Assembly: GCA_028286835.1 (NCBI GenBank)
Contig: JAQBQT010000027.1
Span: 14,442 to 78,441, forward strand
Direction of reading: 5' to 3'
From: Candidatus Parcubacteria bacterium
GTDB taxonomy: Bacteria > Patescibacteriota > Minisyncoccia > Phycocordibacterales > PALSA-1337
Length of the DNA: 64,000 nt
Position 1 is the first letter of the stretch; every line of letters starts with the position of its first letter. Positions 38,209 to 48,055 of the stretch are shown here, in pieces. The translations under genes and the position numbers were made by a program. The notes below the pieces were generated by a model, which did no database searches, had not been told where the DNA came from, and was given only the letters and a program-made list of their open reading frames with translations.

Positions 38209-39103
38209 GGTCAGGTGCTTTAACTCGGCCGCCGAATGTCCGAACCTCGCGCAGCGCCTTGCGGGCGGCATCTATCTCTTCCGGAGTCGTCGGCGGCTTG
38301 CCGTGCCACTCGAACTGGCGCTCGAAGGCAGGAATGCCCTTTGACGGGATGGTGTACGCGATGATGACAGACGGCTTGTCGAAGACCGCCTTGGCCTCGC
38401 CGACAGCACGATCGATATCGCGGAAATTGTGGCCGTCTATCTCCTGCACATGCCAATTGAATGCGCGCCATTTATCGGCAAGCGGATTGAGCGGCATGAT
38501 GTCTTCGGTGAATCCGTCGATCTGGATGTTATTTCGGTCGACGATGACGGTCAGGTTCTGGAGCTTTTCTTTGCTCGCGAGCATGATGGCCTCCCAGTTG
38601 TTCCCCTCATCGAGCTCGCCGTCGCCGGTGAGGCAGTAGAACTGCTTCGAGGACGAGCGGCCATTATCCATCCTGTCTGCGATCGCCATGCCGACTGCCT
38701 GCGAGAGGCCGCAGCCGAGGGGGCCTGAAGACGTTTCGAGCCCCGGCAGCCATTCGCGGTGCGGATGCCCCTGAAGGCGCGAGCCGAGCTTGCGAAGCGT
38801 CATAAGTTCGGATACAGGAAAATATCCAGCGTGCGCCATTGTCGCATAGAGGACGGGACATATGTGGCCGTTCGAGAGGACGAGGCGGTCGCGGTATTCC
38901 CAATCGGGCTTCTTCGGGTCGTGCTTCAGTGCGTGGAAGTAGAGATATGCAAAAATGTCGGCCATGTCGAGCGGACCGGCGGTATGTCCAGACTTTGCTT
39001 CGATGAGGGACTCGATGATGGATCGGCGGATATCGAGAGCTTTCCCTTCCAGGAGCTTTATCTTGTCTTCGGTGAGGGATTGAGGAGATTGCGTGGGTGC
39101 CAT
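38201..39103 (-). CDS. transketolase, N-terminal subunit
   Basis: SGH, RDRLVLSNGH, LQGHP, GDGELDEG..WEA..IVDRN TPP motif. Confidence 0.95.
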   Translation of the reverse strand: MAPTQSPQSLTEDKIKLLEGKALDIRRSIIESLIEAKSGHTAGPLDMADIFAYLYFHALKHDPKKPDWEYRDRLVLSNGHICPVLYATMAHAGYFPVSELMTLRKLGSRLQGHPHREWLPGLETSSGPLGCGLSQAVGMAIADRMDNGRSSSKQFYCLTGDGELDEGNNWEAIMLASKEKLQNLTVIVDRNNIQIDGFTEDIMPLNPLADKWRAFNWHVQEIDGHNFRDIDRAVGEAKAVFDKPSVIIAYTIPSKGIPAFERQFEWHGKPPTTPEEIDAARKALREVRTFGGRVKAPDHD

Positions 39104-39146
39104 TTGGAATAATTATAGCACCTTAGCGGCAGCCCTAGAATAGCCC

Positions 39147-39824
39147 CTATTTCACCAGCGCTTTGAAATCCTCAACGGCCTGAATGATATTGTCGCTTCC
39201 AAAGATAGCTGAGCCGACGACAAGCCTATCGGCACCGGCAGCCATGAGCTCTGGAGCAGTCTCTAGCGAAACTCCCCCGTCAACTGAGATCGGCATGCCT
39301 GGGAATTTCATGCGCGCCTCCTTGATGCGGCCCAAAACCTTCTCGTCGAACGGCTGATGCTGGAAACCCACATTATCTATGCCCATGAGCTGGATGAAGT
39401 TTATCTTCTCGCGCAAAGGCTCTATCACGTCGAGAGATGTCTCTATATTCAAAGCCAATCCCACCTCTACGCGTCCCTCGAGCATGTTGACGGCCTCCGC
39501 AACGTCGCCGGTCGCCTCGGCATGAATGATGATCCGAGCTGCCCCGGCTGAAACCCATGCCTCCACCAGATCCTGCGGCCTGTTCGCCATGAGATCTATC
39601 TCGAAATCAAAGACATCCCATCCCGGGAATCCCTCCTCTTCATGCATGATCTTCTCGAACGAATCGTCATGCTTCCTATACGGCCACGTAGCATTCTGCA
39701 CGAACTGCCCGTCGCATACATCTATCTGTATGGTCTTCACCCAGCCTTTCAGGTACGACGTCTTTTCTTCGATCTCGGCGAAGTCGTTTGGCAATATGGC
39801 GGGGATGATTTCGGCACGGCTCAT
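39147..39824 (-). CDS. rpe: ribulose-phosphate 3-epimerase
   Basis: IIPAIL, QIDVCDGQFV.N, ISVDGGV, LVVGSAIF. Confidence 0.92.
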   Translation of the reverse strand: MSRAEIIPAILPNDFAEIEEKTSYLKGWVKTIQIDVCDGQFVQNATWPYRKHDDSFEKIMHEEEGFPGWDVFDFEIDLMANRPQDLVEAWVSAGAARIIIHAEATGDVAEAVNMLEGRVEVGLALNIETSLDVIEPLREKINFIQLMGIDNVGFQHQPFDEKVLGRIKEARMKFPGMPISVDGGVSLETAPELMAAGADRLVVGSAIFGSDNIIQAVEDFKALVK

Positions 39825-39842
39825 GATTATGCTGGCGTTATA

Positions 39843-40310
39843 TTATTGGATGTTATCCATCTCCTGGATGCGGCGCTTGTGGCGCTCGTCACCGGAGAAC
39901 GGTGTTTTGAGCCACAGCTCGACTGCCTTGACCGCGAGCTCTTCGCTCACGAAGCGGCCACCCATGGAAAGGATGTTGGCGTCATTGTGCTCGCGCGACA
40001 GCTGGACGATATCGAGCTTGTCTCCGTACCATGCGACTGCGCGCACGCCCGGGAATCGATTGGCGACCATCGCCTCGCCCTCTCCTGAGCCGCCTGCGAT
40101 GACGGCTTTGGTGTGACCCTTGAGATCCGATGCCACTTTCATGGCCGCGGCTGCCATATATGGAGGATAGTCGTCGCCAGCATCATATTCATGGGCGCCG
40201 ACATCGAGCACCTGGATCTTTTGCGATTCTAGGTACGCCTTCACGGCTTCCTTGAGCTTGTATCCGGCATGATCTGCCGCAAGCACTATTGTAAGTTTTT
40301 CTTCGGCCAT
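39843..40310 (-). CDS. rpiB: ribose-5-phosphate isomerase B
   Basis: AADHAG, DDYP, GGSGEG, REHNDANIL, RHKRR. Confidence 0.94.
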   Translation of the reverse strand: MAEEKLTIVLAADHAGYKLKEAVKAYLESQKIQVLDVGAHEYDAGDDYPPYMAAAAMKVASDLKGHTKAVIAGGSGEGEAMVANRFPGVRAVAWYGDKLDIVQLSREHNDANILSMGGRFVSEELAVKAVELWLKTPFSGDERHKRRIQEMDNIQ

Positions 40311-40314
40311 AGTA

Positions 40315-41346
40315 TTACGCCAGTCTACCCGCTTTTACCACATGCTCTACGAGCGTATACGTATACCCCATCTCGTTGTCATACCACGCGAGGACTTTCA
40401 CGAGGTTGCCTCCGACGACACGGGTCATAGCGAGATCCGCGATGGAGGCATGGCGGTTTCCGATGATGTCATGCGAGACGAGCGGCTCTTCCGTCGTATC
40501 GAATATGCCATTCCAGCGCGGATCCTTCGCGGCTTTCTTGAGCAAGCTGTTGACCTCTTCGGCCGTGGTGTCGCGCTTGGCCACGAACGTGACGTCGACG
40601 ATGGAACCAGTCACAACCGGCACGCGGATCGATATGCCATCGAACTTACCCTTGAGCTGTGTCGCGACTTCAGTCACGGCGATAGCGGCGCCGGTGGATG
40701 AAGGCACGATGTTCTGGCCTGCGGCGCGCCCCTCGCGGAAGTCCTTCTTGGAAGGCCCATCCACCAGCGACTGGCTGGCTGTATATGCGTGAACAGTGTT
40801 AAGAAGGGCCTTCTCTATGCCAAGAGATTCGTCGAGAATGGCGATGAGGGGCGATCCCGCATTCGTCGTGCATGAAGCGTTGGAGGAGATCTGACATGTT
40901 TCGAGCTTCTCCTCATTCATGGCCATGAGGATGGTCGCGCCCTTTACGGCAGCGTCCGGAGCATCCTTGATCGGGGCCGAGATGACGACGCGCTTAGCGC
41001 CGGCGGTAATGTGGGCCATGGCTTTATCCGCAGACGTGAAGAGGCCTGTAGATTCGACGACGACGTCGATGCCGAGCTTCTTCCATGGGAGCAGAGTCGG
41101 ATCCTTTTCGCTCACGTATTGGATCTCCATGCCGTCGACCGTCAAGATATTCTTCTTGTCATCGGCCGAAACCTCGAACTGGCTTACGCCATATGCCGTG
41201 TCGTACTTCAAAAGATATGCAAAATCGTTGATATTACCAAGATCATTGATGGCCACGATCTCTATTTCCTGACGTTCTCGCGCGACTTTGACGAATGCTC
41301 TGCCTATTCTGCCGAAACCATTGATTGCAACGCGGATTTTTTTCAT
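40315..41346 (-). CDS. gap: glyceraldehyde-3-phosphate dehydrogenase type I
   Basis: INGFGRIGR, SNASCTTN, WYDNE; start at 41346. Confidence 0.97.
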   Translation of the reverse strand: MKKIRVAINGFGRIGRAFVKVARERQEIEIVAINDLGNINDFAYLLKYDTAYGVSQFEVSADDKKNILTVDGMEIQYVSEKDPTLLPWKKLGIDVVVESTGLFTSADKAMAHITAGAKRVVISAPIKDAPDAAVKGATILMAMNEEKLETCQISSNASCTTNAGSPLIAILDESLGIEKALLNTVHAYTASQSLVDGPSKKDFREGRAAGQNIVPSSTGAAIAVTEVATQLKGKFDGISIRVPVVTGSIVDVTFVAKRDTTAEEVNSLLKKAAKDPRWNGIFDTTEEPLVSHDIIGNRHASIADLAMTRVVGGNLVKVLAWYDNEMGYTYTLVEHVVKAGRLA

Positions 41347-41480
41347 GAGAAGTCTGTGGATTACTCTTATATTGCTGCTAGTAGGGATATTGTAGCATAT
41401 GGCCCTCATATGCTATTGTCAAAGTCGGATCGCGCAGAGGTTCTGCGTATCATAGCAACCTACAACCACATATTAGCGTT

Positions 41481-41924
41481 ATGAGTAAAAACCTTCTGAG
41501 AGAAGCCGTCGAAGAGAAAATGGCTTGGGTAAAAGATGCATTGGATGTGCTTATGCTTTCCCAGCGTTCCTATTGCGGTTTTACGCAGACTATCGTCAGC
41601 GTAACCCCTCTTCGCCATTCTGATGAGTGGCCGGCAGATTTCGAAATTGTCCTGAAGGGTAGAAGGAAGCCAAGCAAGCGCTTCCTGTTCATTGACATCA
41701 TTCCTTCGAAGCCAATGAGAAAGTACCTCAAGGAAAGACTTCAGGATTACGGCATCGTAAAGGTGTCCATTAACCTATACTCAAAATTCAAGACAGTCGT
41801 GCGGACTCTTGCCGCATCGCTCAGACGTTCGATCGGCATGCCTCGTCCGCGAAAACAGCCGACGCGGCATCTCCATAGCTATCACCCGCGCATGTCACGG
41901 TCGCGATTGGCCTGTATCGCCTAA
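41481..41924 (+). CDS. hypothetical basic protein
   Basis: 147-aa ORF followed by a hairpin and T-run at about 41952-41980. Confidence 0.55.
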   Translation: MSKNLLREAVEEKMAWVKDALDVLMLSQRSYCGFTQTIVSVTPLRHSDEWPADFEIVLKGRRKPSKRFLFIDIIPSKPMRKYLKERLQDYGIVKVSINLYSKFKTVVRTLAASLRRSIGMPRPRKQPTRHLHSYHPRMSRSRLACIA

Positions 41925-42024
41925 CTTTTCATCACTATTATATATTTTCTCAGCGGCCCACTACCCAGGGCCGCTTTTTTATCGCCTGGGAGTGCGATAT
42001 ACTTTTAATGCGTCCATAAACCTC

Positions 42025-42633
42025 ATGTATCTCCAGAATCTTCTTATCGGCGTCGCTACGAACCATGATGTTCTCGTGTACGCGCTCATCATCGTCCTTG
42101 CCGCCACAGAAGGACCAATCGTCTCTATCGCCGCGGGCATTCTCTATCGCTGGGGCTATTTCCCCTTCCTGCCCCTCTATATCGCCCTCATGACAGGCGA
42201 TCTCATCGGAGACATTGTCTGGTATACGGTCGGATACAAGGCCGGCAGGAAATTCGCTGCCAGATTCGGCAAGTATTTCGGCATCACCGAGATAGGCATC
42301 GCGAGCTTCGAGAAAAGGTTCCATACCCACAAGGATGCCATTCTCGTCATATCCAAGCTTACGACGGGGTTCGGCTTCGCAACAGCCGTCCTCTTCACGG
42401 CCGGGCTCGTGCGGATCCCCTTCCGCCGCTACATCACGATCAACGTGCTCGGACAGTTCGTCTGGACGGCCCTCCTCATCTTCGTGGGATATTCCTTCGC
42501 CCATCTGTACGTGACATTCAATAATCTATTTGCCCGAAGCGCCCTCATCGCCTTTACGGTCATAATCATCTTCTTCATCGTGCGATACGCGCGCTACATG
42601 CGCAAGAAGCTTGTCGAGGGCCAAGACATCTAA
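42025..42633 (+). CDS. DedA family membrane protein
   Basis: EGP, GDLIGDIVWY.VG, G..R.PF..Y pattern; start at 42025. Confidence 0.88.
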   Translation: MYLQNLLIGVATNHDVLVYALIIVLAATEGPIVSIAAGILYRWGYFPFLPLYIALMTGDLIGDIVWYTVGYKAGRKFAARFGKYFGITEIGIASFEKRFHTHKDAILVISKLTTGFGFATAVLFTAGLVRIPFRRYITINVLGQFVWTALLIFVGYSFAHLYVTFNNLFARSALIAFTVIIIFFIVRYARYMRKKLVEGQDI

Positions 42634-42642
42634 TCCACCAGA

Positions 42643-43401
42643 ATGCTATCCATCATCATACCGACGCTGAACGAAGAGCTCTATATAGAGCGCACGGTTA
42701 AGTCCATAAAAGCTGCCTTAACCCCTCCTTTTGAGATCATCGTAAGTGACGGCCAGAGCAGGGACCATACTGTGGAAGTGGCGAAAGCGTGCGCTGATAA
42801 GGTCGTCGAATATACGGGCGTCACTCGTCAGACCATAGCTGCCGGACGGAATGCAGGAGCCAAGGCAGCAACCGGTGAATTTCTGGTATTCATGGATGCG
42901 GACTGCAGCATTCCCGGCCCTGACTTTTTTTTCGGCAAGATTCTTAAGCATTTTGCCCGGGATCCGAAGCTTGTAGCGGTGAACGTAGCCATTCGTGTAC
43001 TTCCGGGTTCCGAAACATTCGCGGACTGGGCCATCTACAACCTTTTCAACGATTATCTCTGGTTTGTGAATAATGTCTTGCATATCGGCATCGCTGCCGG
43101 TGAGTTTCAGATGGTCCGCAGAGACGTTTTTGATCGCATCGGAGGATACAACGAGGCCTTGCCCGCAGCCGAAGATGTCGAGCTGTTCAATCGCCTTTCG
43201 AAGGTGGGCAGAGTCAGATACGAAAAAGGCCTCAAGATCTATCACACAGGCCGTCGCGTGCACAAGGTCGGGTGGCCCAAACTCCTCTGGCAATGGAACA
43301 TGAATACCATATTCATGGCTTTAACGGGACACGCATACAGCAAGTCATGGGGCGGAGACATGACGGGAAAGCCCACTCCCCCGGTTGAAAAAGCAAAATG
43401 A
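42643..43401 (+). CDS. glycosyltransferase family 2
   Basis: SIIIPTLNEE, VSDGQS.D.T, GRNAGA, FMDAD, AEDVEL. Confidence 0.92.
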   Translation: MLSIIIPTLNEELYIERTVKSIKAALTPPFEIIVSDGQSRDHTVEVAKACADKVVEYTGVTRQTIAAGRNAGAKAATGEFLVFMDADCSIPGPDFFFGKILKHFARDPKLVAVNVAIRVLPGSETFADWAIYNLFNDYLWFVNNVLHIGIAAGEFQMVRRDVFDRIGGYNEALPAAEDVELFNRLSKVGRVRYEKGLKIYHTGRRVHKVGWPKLLWQWNMNTIFMALTGHAYSKSWGGDMTGKPTPPVEKAK

Positions 43402-44102
43402 AAGTCTCAGTTATAATCCCCGCCTTTAATGAGGAAGCATCTCTTCCCCGCACCCTCGAAGCGATCCTGTCCCAGGATCATCCGGATTTTGAGGTCATCG
43501 TCGTAGACAACGCAAGCACTGACCGCACATTCGAGACCGCCGTCTCTTTTCAAGGAGTGACTGTTGTGCGTGAAGGCCGGGCAGGCACGATGTGGGCATG
43601 CGAACGGGGCCGCAGCGAAGCAAAGGGAGAGATCATCGTGCGCCTCGATGCCGATTGCATACCAGAGACGGATTGGCTTTCGAAAGGAAGCGCGCGCTTT
43701 TCCGATCAGACAGTAGTGGTCGTCTCAGGTCCATATGATTATTATGACGATACCAGTTCTTTCAGGGGCTTGGCCCTATTGATACAGAGGAACTTATTTT
43801 ATCTTGTCCACATGCTTTTTCAATTGCTGAAACTGGGCGGGATCACTATGGGCGGCAATACATTCATGAGATCCACCGCTCTTCATTTTGCGGGAGGATT
43901 CAATACGGCCATTACATTCTATGGCGATGACACGGATATACCGAAGCGGCTTTCACGTTACGGACGCTGCATATACGATAGGAATCTTATAATGAAGACG
44001 TCAGCCCGTCGCTTCAAAAAGGATGGCATCATACGCCTCCAGGCTCGGTATACCCGCTATTTCTTCAAGACGATTTTTTCGCGCACTAGCGGACCGTCGT
44101 AG
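43398..44102 (+). CDS. glycosyltransferase family 2
   Basis: SVIIPAFNEE, VVDNASTD.T, LDADC, GDDTD, TSARRF. Confidence 0.92.
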   Translation: MKVSVIIPAFNEEASLPRTLEAILSQDHPDFEVIVVDNASTDRTFETAVSFQGVTVVREGRAGTMWACERGRSEAKGEIIVRLDADCIPETDWLSKGSARFSDQTVVVVSGPYDYYDDTSSFRGLALLIQRNLFYLVHMLFQLLKLGGITMGGNTFMRSTALHFAGGFNTAITFYGDDTDIPKRLSRYGRCIYDRNLIMKTSARRFKKDGIIRLQARYTRYFFKTIFSRTSGPS

Positions 44103-44955
44103 AGGCCGAAGTCGTGGCTGAGACCTTTGCTTCGGCTTTCAGGTACTGCGCAATCGCTTTGGCATCGCTGTATGCCGTCTGGAGATCCTTCATTGCGGTG
44201 TGGATCTTCTCTCTGCCTGCTTTGAGAGCTGCATCGTTTGCCGTCATCACAGCCTGGACGCCCTGATCCGGCTGGAGGCTCATAACGAGGCTAACTGCTG
44301 CTTTTGACTGGATGGAGGCATCGGCGATCTTAGCCTTGAAGTCGGCAAGCCTGGCTGACATTGAAGTGCTTGCGTGCTCTGCGAGGCGCGCGTCGAACTT
44401 TGCGCCCAGCGTTTGGAGCGTGGCCACTGCGGCATCAGCACGATCGGCTGCAGCGACGATCGAAAGCTGAGGCATGATCAGACGATAGATGCGGTAGTTC
44501 GGGGCAATGGTCTGAAGGTCAGCCTTGAGGCTCGTCGTAGACGTATCCGCCTGGATCTTGGCGAGGAGGGTGTTCATGGCAGCGATCTGGGTCTGAATGT
44601 TCGCAGTGAATGAGGCCTTTTGGGAAGCCGAAAGATTCTTCATGTCCTGAATGCGGACGGCGAGTTTGGTAAGGCTGTTTATGCGATTATTGATCTCGAC
44701 GTCTCCCCTGTCGGACAGCGTATTCACGCGCTTATCGAGCTTGTCCTGGGATGTGCTCGAAGCCTTGGCCGCTGAGCTGCTATTTTTTGCAGAGCTGTTC
44801 CCGGAACTCTTGGAATTATTATTGATAGTCGCTGCCGGGGCATTTACCGAGGCGTTAGCGCTTGCATTCACTCCAACCTGAGCAGATGCAGGCAAAGCGA
44901 GCGCTGATATAACTGCGGATACGGCGAAAGCCGAAGAAAGGATTCTTGATTTCAT
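44086..44955 (-). CDS. secreted helical/coiled-coil protein
   Basis: Signal peptide (ALPASA-Q), S/N-rich linker, amphipathic helices. Confidence 0.75.
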   Translation of the reverse strand: MKSRILSSAFAVSAVISALALPASAQVGVNASANASVNAPAATINNNSKSSGNSSAKNSSSAAKASSTSQDKLDKRVNTLSDRGDVEINNRINSLTKLAVRIQDMKNLSASQKASFTANIQTQIAAMNTLLAKIQADTSTTSLKADLQTIAPNYRIYRLIMPQLSIVAAADRADAAVATLQTLGAKFDARLAEHASTSMSARLADFKAKIADASIQSKAAVSLVMSLQPDQGVQAVMTANDAALKAGREKIHTAMKDLQTAYSDAKAIAQYLKAEAKVSATTSASTTVR

Positions 44956-44973
44956 GGTGATGGTTGTATGGGA

Positions 44974-45270
44974 TTAATTGGTGCTGTTCATTCCCGCGTC
45001 TATATTCGCCGAGTCGCTGTTCATGGCGTTCATCTGACTGTTGGCCGATGTCATGTCGCTGTCGATGCTCGCATTCGAGGTGTCACTTGCCGTTGAAGGC
45101 GTGCTTGTCGAGGTCATAGAAGGCGAATTCGAAGATGTTGTCTGGTACTGGGTATTGTCGGCAGGAGATGACGGCTGGTTGCCCGCAGTTCCTGAATACC
45201 AGATCCAGCCCAATACGACGAGGATCAGTACGATGATAATTGCGATCCACATTTTAGCTCCATTTGACAT
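44974..45270 (-). CDS. small membrane-anchored Ser/Thr-rich protein
   Basis: N-terminal TM helix, low-complexity S/T/N tail. Confidence 0.7.
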   Translation of the reverse strand: MSNGAKMWIAIIIVLILVVLGWIWYSGTAGNQPSSPADNTQYQTTSSNSPSMTSTSTPSTASDTSNASIDSDMTSANSQMNAMNSDSANIDAGMNSTN

Positions 45271-45385
45271 AATGTTGAATTAGTTGAGATTTTACACTGA
45301 TAAGCTGCGTCTCTGATGCGCCATCAGTGTACGCTAGTAAGACGGATTGCGGTGCGCAAGATTACACTGGTATACTGCTTTTCAT

Positions 45386-46246
45386 ATGATCACATACCTT
45401 CAAGCCATCATTTTGGGTGCCATACAGGGCGCCACCGAACTTTTCCCTGTTTCCAGCCTGGGCCATAGCGTCATCATCCCCCAGATCCTGGGCTGGAATA
45501 TAGACCAGAACACGGATTTCTTCCTGAATTTCCTTATCGCGACTCATTTGGCGACCTCCCTCGTTCTCCTCGCATTCTTCTTCAGGGATTGGATGAGGAT
45601 TATCGGCGGGATCTTCCGATCCATCGTGCGCTTCCGCATCGATCCTGCCGATACCTATGCCAAGCTCGGATGGCTCCTTATTCTTGCGACCATTCCTGCC
45701 GGACTCCTCGGCCTTCTCCTTGAGCACAGGCTCAAGCTTCTGCTTGCTTCGCCAATCATCGTGTCTGTCGCCCTCATTCTGAACGGCTGCCTTCTCTATT
45801 GCGTTGAATTCCTGACGCATCGGCACGAACAGGCTCCTGCAGGCGATCCGGATCAGAATATAAGCGTGCTGTCGTGGAAATCCTCCCTGAAAGTCGGCGT
45901 CGCTCAGGCGCTTGCGCTCATTCCGGGCTTCTCGAGGACGGGCGCGACTCTCGGCGGCGGATTGCTCATCGGGCTTTCCCATAGGGATGCCGCTAGATTC
46001 TCTTTCCTTCTTGCAACCCCCATCATTTTTGCCGCAGCCGTTCTCAAGGTCCCAGCATTGATCAAAACGGGAACAGCTGATTCACTGAATATCACCCTTG
46101 CAGGCGTCATCGGTTCCGCTATCTGCGCCTTCTTGTCCATCCGCTACCTCACTAAATATTTTGAGAACAAGACGCTGAAGCCGTTTGCCGGATATTGCAT
46201 TGGCGTCGGCATCTTCGCGCTCATCGTGCTATTGGTCCGAGTATAA
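45386..46246 (+). CDS. uppP: undecaprenyl-diphosphate phosphatase
   Basis: QGATELFPVSSLGH, QALALIPGFSRTGAT, ARFSFLL; start at 45386. Confidence 0.95.
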   Translation: MITYLQAIILGAIQGATELFPVSSLGHSVIIPQILGWNIDQNTDFFLNFLIATHLATSLVLLAFFFRDWMRIIGGIFRSIVRFRIDPADTYAKLGWLLILATIPAGLLGLLLEHRLKLLLASPIIVSVALILNGCLLYCVEFLTHRHEQAPAGDPDQNISVLSWKSSLKVGVAQALALIPGFSRTGATLGGGLLIGLSHRDAARFSFLLATPIIFAAAVLKVPALIKTGTADSLNITLAGVIGSAICAFLSIRYLTKYFENKTLKPFAGYCIGVGIFALIVLLVRV

Positions 46247-46906
46247 ATAGGCTTCTTTCATGCTTTTGAGTATCTGCGCGGGTTCGTCCTCGAGCGGCAG
46301 GACCTCTTCGCGCAGATGCTTGATGGCAGCGGCTTTGGATGAGCCGAATACGAATGCGTACGCGGCTGATATCTTCATGAGAGCCGAGGGCGTCAGAGTG
46401 ATTCGTGTAAAAGGGTTGCCTGCGTATCCAGATATGAAACGCGGATCAGTGACGGCTTTAGTGTGCGGCAGGATCCCAGCTATATGGCCGTCCTCGCCCA
46501 TGCCGAATTGGCCGATAACGATGCCGCCTGAAGCCAATGTTTTTTCAAATATTGGCCGTATCGCCTGCTCGTAGCCGGTGATCGTCTCCTCGAGGGGTTT
46601 GCCTTCAAGAATCGGGATGAAGCGGATGCCGCTAAAATCGAATCCGTCATCCTGCATCTGCTTCCAGTTCGAATCCGGGTGGTCGACCGGGCCGTAGCGC
46701 TCATCGGTCTGAGCGACAGTGAGCTGGCTGATCTTCTCGGCCGGCACGCTCTTCCGGATCTCATTCATGGCCTCGACTGCCGTTGGTATGTTCGACCCGC
46801 CGCATATGAGCCAAAGGACTTTTTGATCTTGCATGAGGGCCGAGCTGATGCGGCTCGCGAGCGCGTGCATCCCTTCGGTATGGTCTTTGGCTTGAATGGA
46901 TTTCAT
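46229..46906 (-). CDS. pgl: 6-phosphogluconolactonase family protein
   Basis: GGSN, TDERYGP..HPDSN, GMGEDGHIAG, RITLT. Confidence 0.85.
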   Translation of the reverse strand: MKSIQAKDHTEGMHALASRISSALMQDQKVLWLICGGSNIPTAVEAMNEIRKSVPAEKISQLTVAQTDERYGPVDHPDSNWKQMQDDGFDFSGIRFIPILEGKPLEETITGYEQAIRPIFEKTLASGGIVIGQFGMGEDGHIAGILPHTKAVTDPRFISGYAGNPFTRITLTPSALMKISAAYAFVFGSSKAAAIKHLREEVLPLEDEPAQILKSMKEAYLYSDQ

Positions 46907-46929
46907 ATGCCTCGAAGTATATCAGGATT

Positions 46930-47583
46930 TCAGCCCTGCTTTAATTCCGCGGTGACTACGAGGCGCTTGTCGTATGTGTCGCCGCCGCTCACCCATCTGC
47001 CAGAGCAGGTTATGAGGCGGAGACGATAGCCGGTGTCATCGTTGAAAATAAGATCGACTGGCACAGACAGATAATCGTAAGCCGTAACGTCCGAGACGAC
47101 AAAATGCAGCTTCGTGCCTGAATCAGTCATCACATAGAGGTCATCACCGATCTTCACGTCCGACAGGTGCTTGAAGACGCCGTCGAGGCCGAGCCCATTG
47201 TCCTCATGCCCGTCTATGACCGCGCTCCCCTTCATTCCCGGCACGGTTCCGAACTTGTACCAGGCTACATCCGTAAAATTTCCAGGAGTGGCCATGGTTC
47301 CCGCAGCAGTGGTCCCCACGGCCCGCACTTCAGCATCGATGCCGATGACAGGAATGCTGAGCCGGGAAGGATAGCCTGGAAAATTCTTATTGGTGCTTGT
47401 GGCCAACGACACTGGTGTGACTTGGGAATGAGCTGAAAGATGAGGGATATAGATTCCAGACCCGTCCGAGTCAGACCACACCGCCAGTGCGAACGTGTGC
47501 GTGAAGACCACGACCGCGGCGATGGTGACGCCTGTCACCAGGAATTTTATAAACTGGGTTTTTGTGGGGAAAATGATATACAT
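46930..47583 (-). CDS. class F sortase
   Basis: PSRLSIP.IGIDA, VAWY..G..PG..GSAVIDGH, LRLITC, Y.KRLVV.A. Confidence 0.92.
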   Translation of the reverse strand: MYIIFPTKTQFIKFLVTGVTIAAVVVFTHTFALAVWSDSDGSGIYIPHLSAHSQVTPVSLATSTNKNFPGYPSRLSIPVIGIDAEVRAVGTTAAGTMATPGNFTDVAWYKFGTVPGMKGSAVIDGHEDNGLGLDGVFKHLSDVKIGDDLYVMTDSGTKLHFVVSDVTAYDYLSVPVDLIFNDDTGYRLRLITCSGRWVSGGDTYDKRLVVTAELKQG

Positions 47584-47630
47584 GTCGGTTGCCGGTGAAA
47601 GGCACCTGAGTGGCTAGTCCTGCATAACGA

Positions 47631-47655
47631 AAACGGATGCAGTGAGCATCCGTTT
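47631..47655 (-). terminator. hairpin between the sortase-substrate gene and the sortase gene
   Basis: aaacggatgc/gcatccgttt perfect 10-bp stem. Confidence 0.6.
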
Positions 47656-47667
47656 CCGCCGGCGAGC

Positions 47668-47976
47668 TTATCTCTGCTGGGCATAGGTCCTGCCAAGATA
47701 GGCGGCACCTGAGATTGCGAGAAGGCCTGAGCCTATGAGTAGGGCTATATTAAGGGTTGCATTGCCTCCGGCTCCGGTGTTTGGGGCGCCTGGAGTCACT
47801 GCCGCAGCGCCAGTCGTATTCATAACGCCGCCGGTCGTGCTGGCTGCCGTAACTGCGGCTGGGACTACCGGACCTGCCTGCGTAGTGGTCTGGGCGTGGG
47901 CCGAATGGGCGCTTCCGAGACCTGCAACGACTGCGAATGCTAGGGCTAATGCCGTAAGGCGAGTGGATTGATTCAT
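47668..47976 (-). CDS. putative sortase F substrate (PxTG sorting signal)
   Basis: Signal peptide (AHA-Q), T/A-rich body, GAPNTGAGG, TM helix and basic tail; adjacent to the sortase. Confidence 0.8.
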   Translation of the reverse strand: MNQSTRLTALALAFAVVAGLGSAHSAHAQTTTQAGPVVPAAVTAASTTGGVMNTTGAAAVTPGAPNTGAGGNATLNIALLIGSGLLAISGAAYLGRTYAQQR

Positions 47977-48055
47977 ACGTTCAAGATATTAGATGCTAAT
48001 ACTGATAATGAGCGACCTCCTTAAGCGAGACGAATCGCCCCTCAGTTCCTTACAC

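Noticed and set aside
41481-41924. Degenerate PD-(D/E)xK nuclease
   Set aside because: Only a weak D...ADF...FIDI resemblance with no catalytic Lys; insufficient support.
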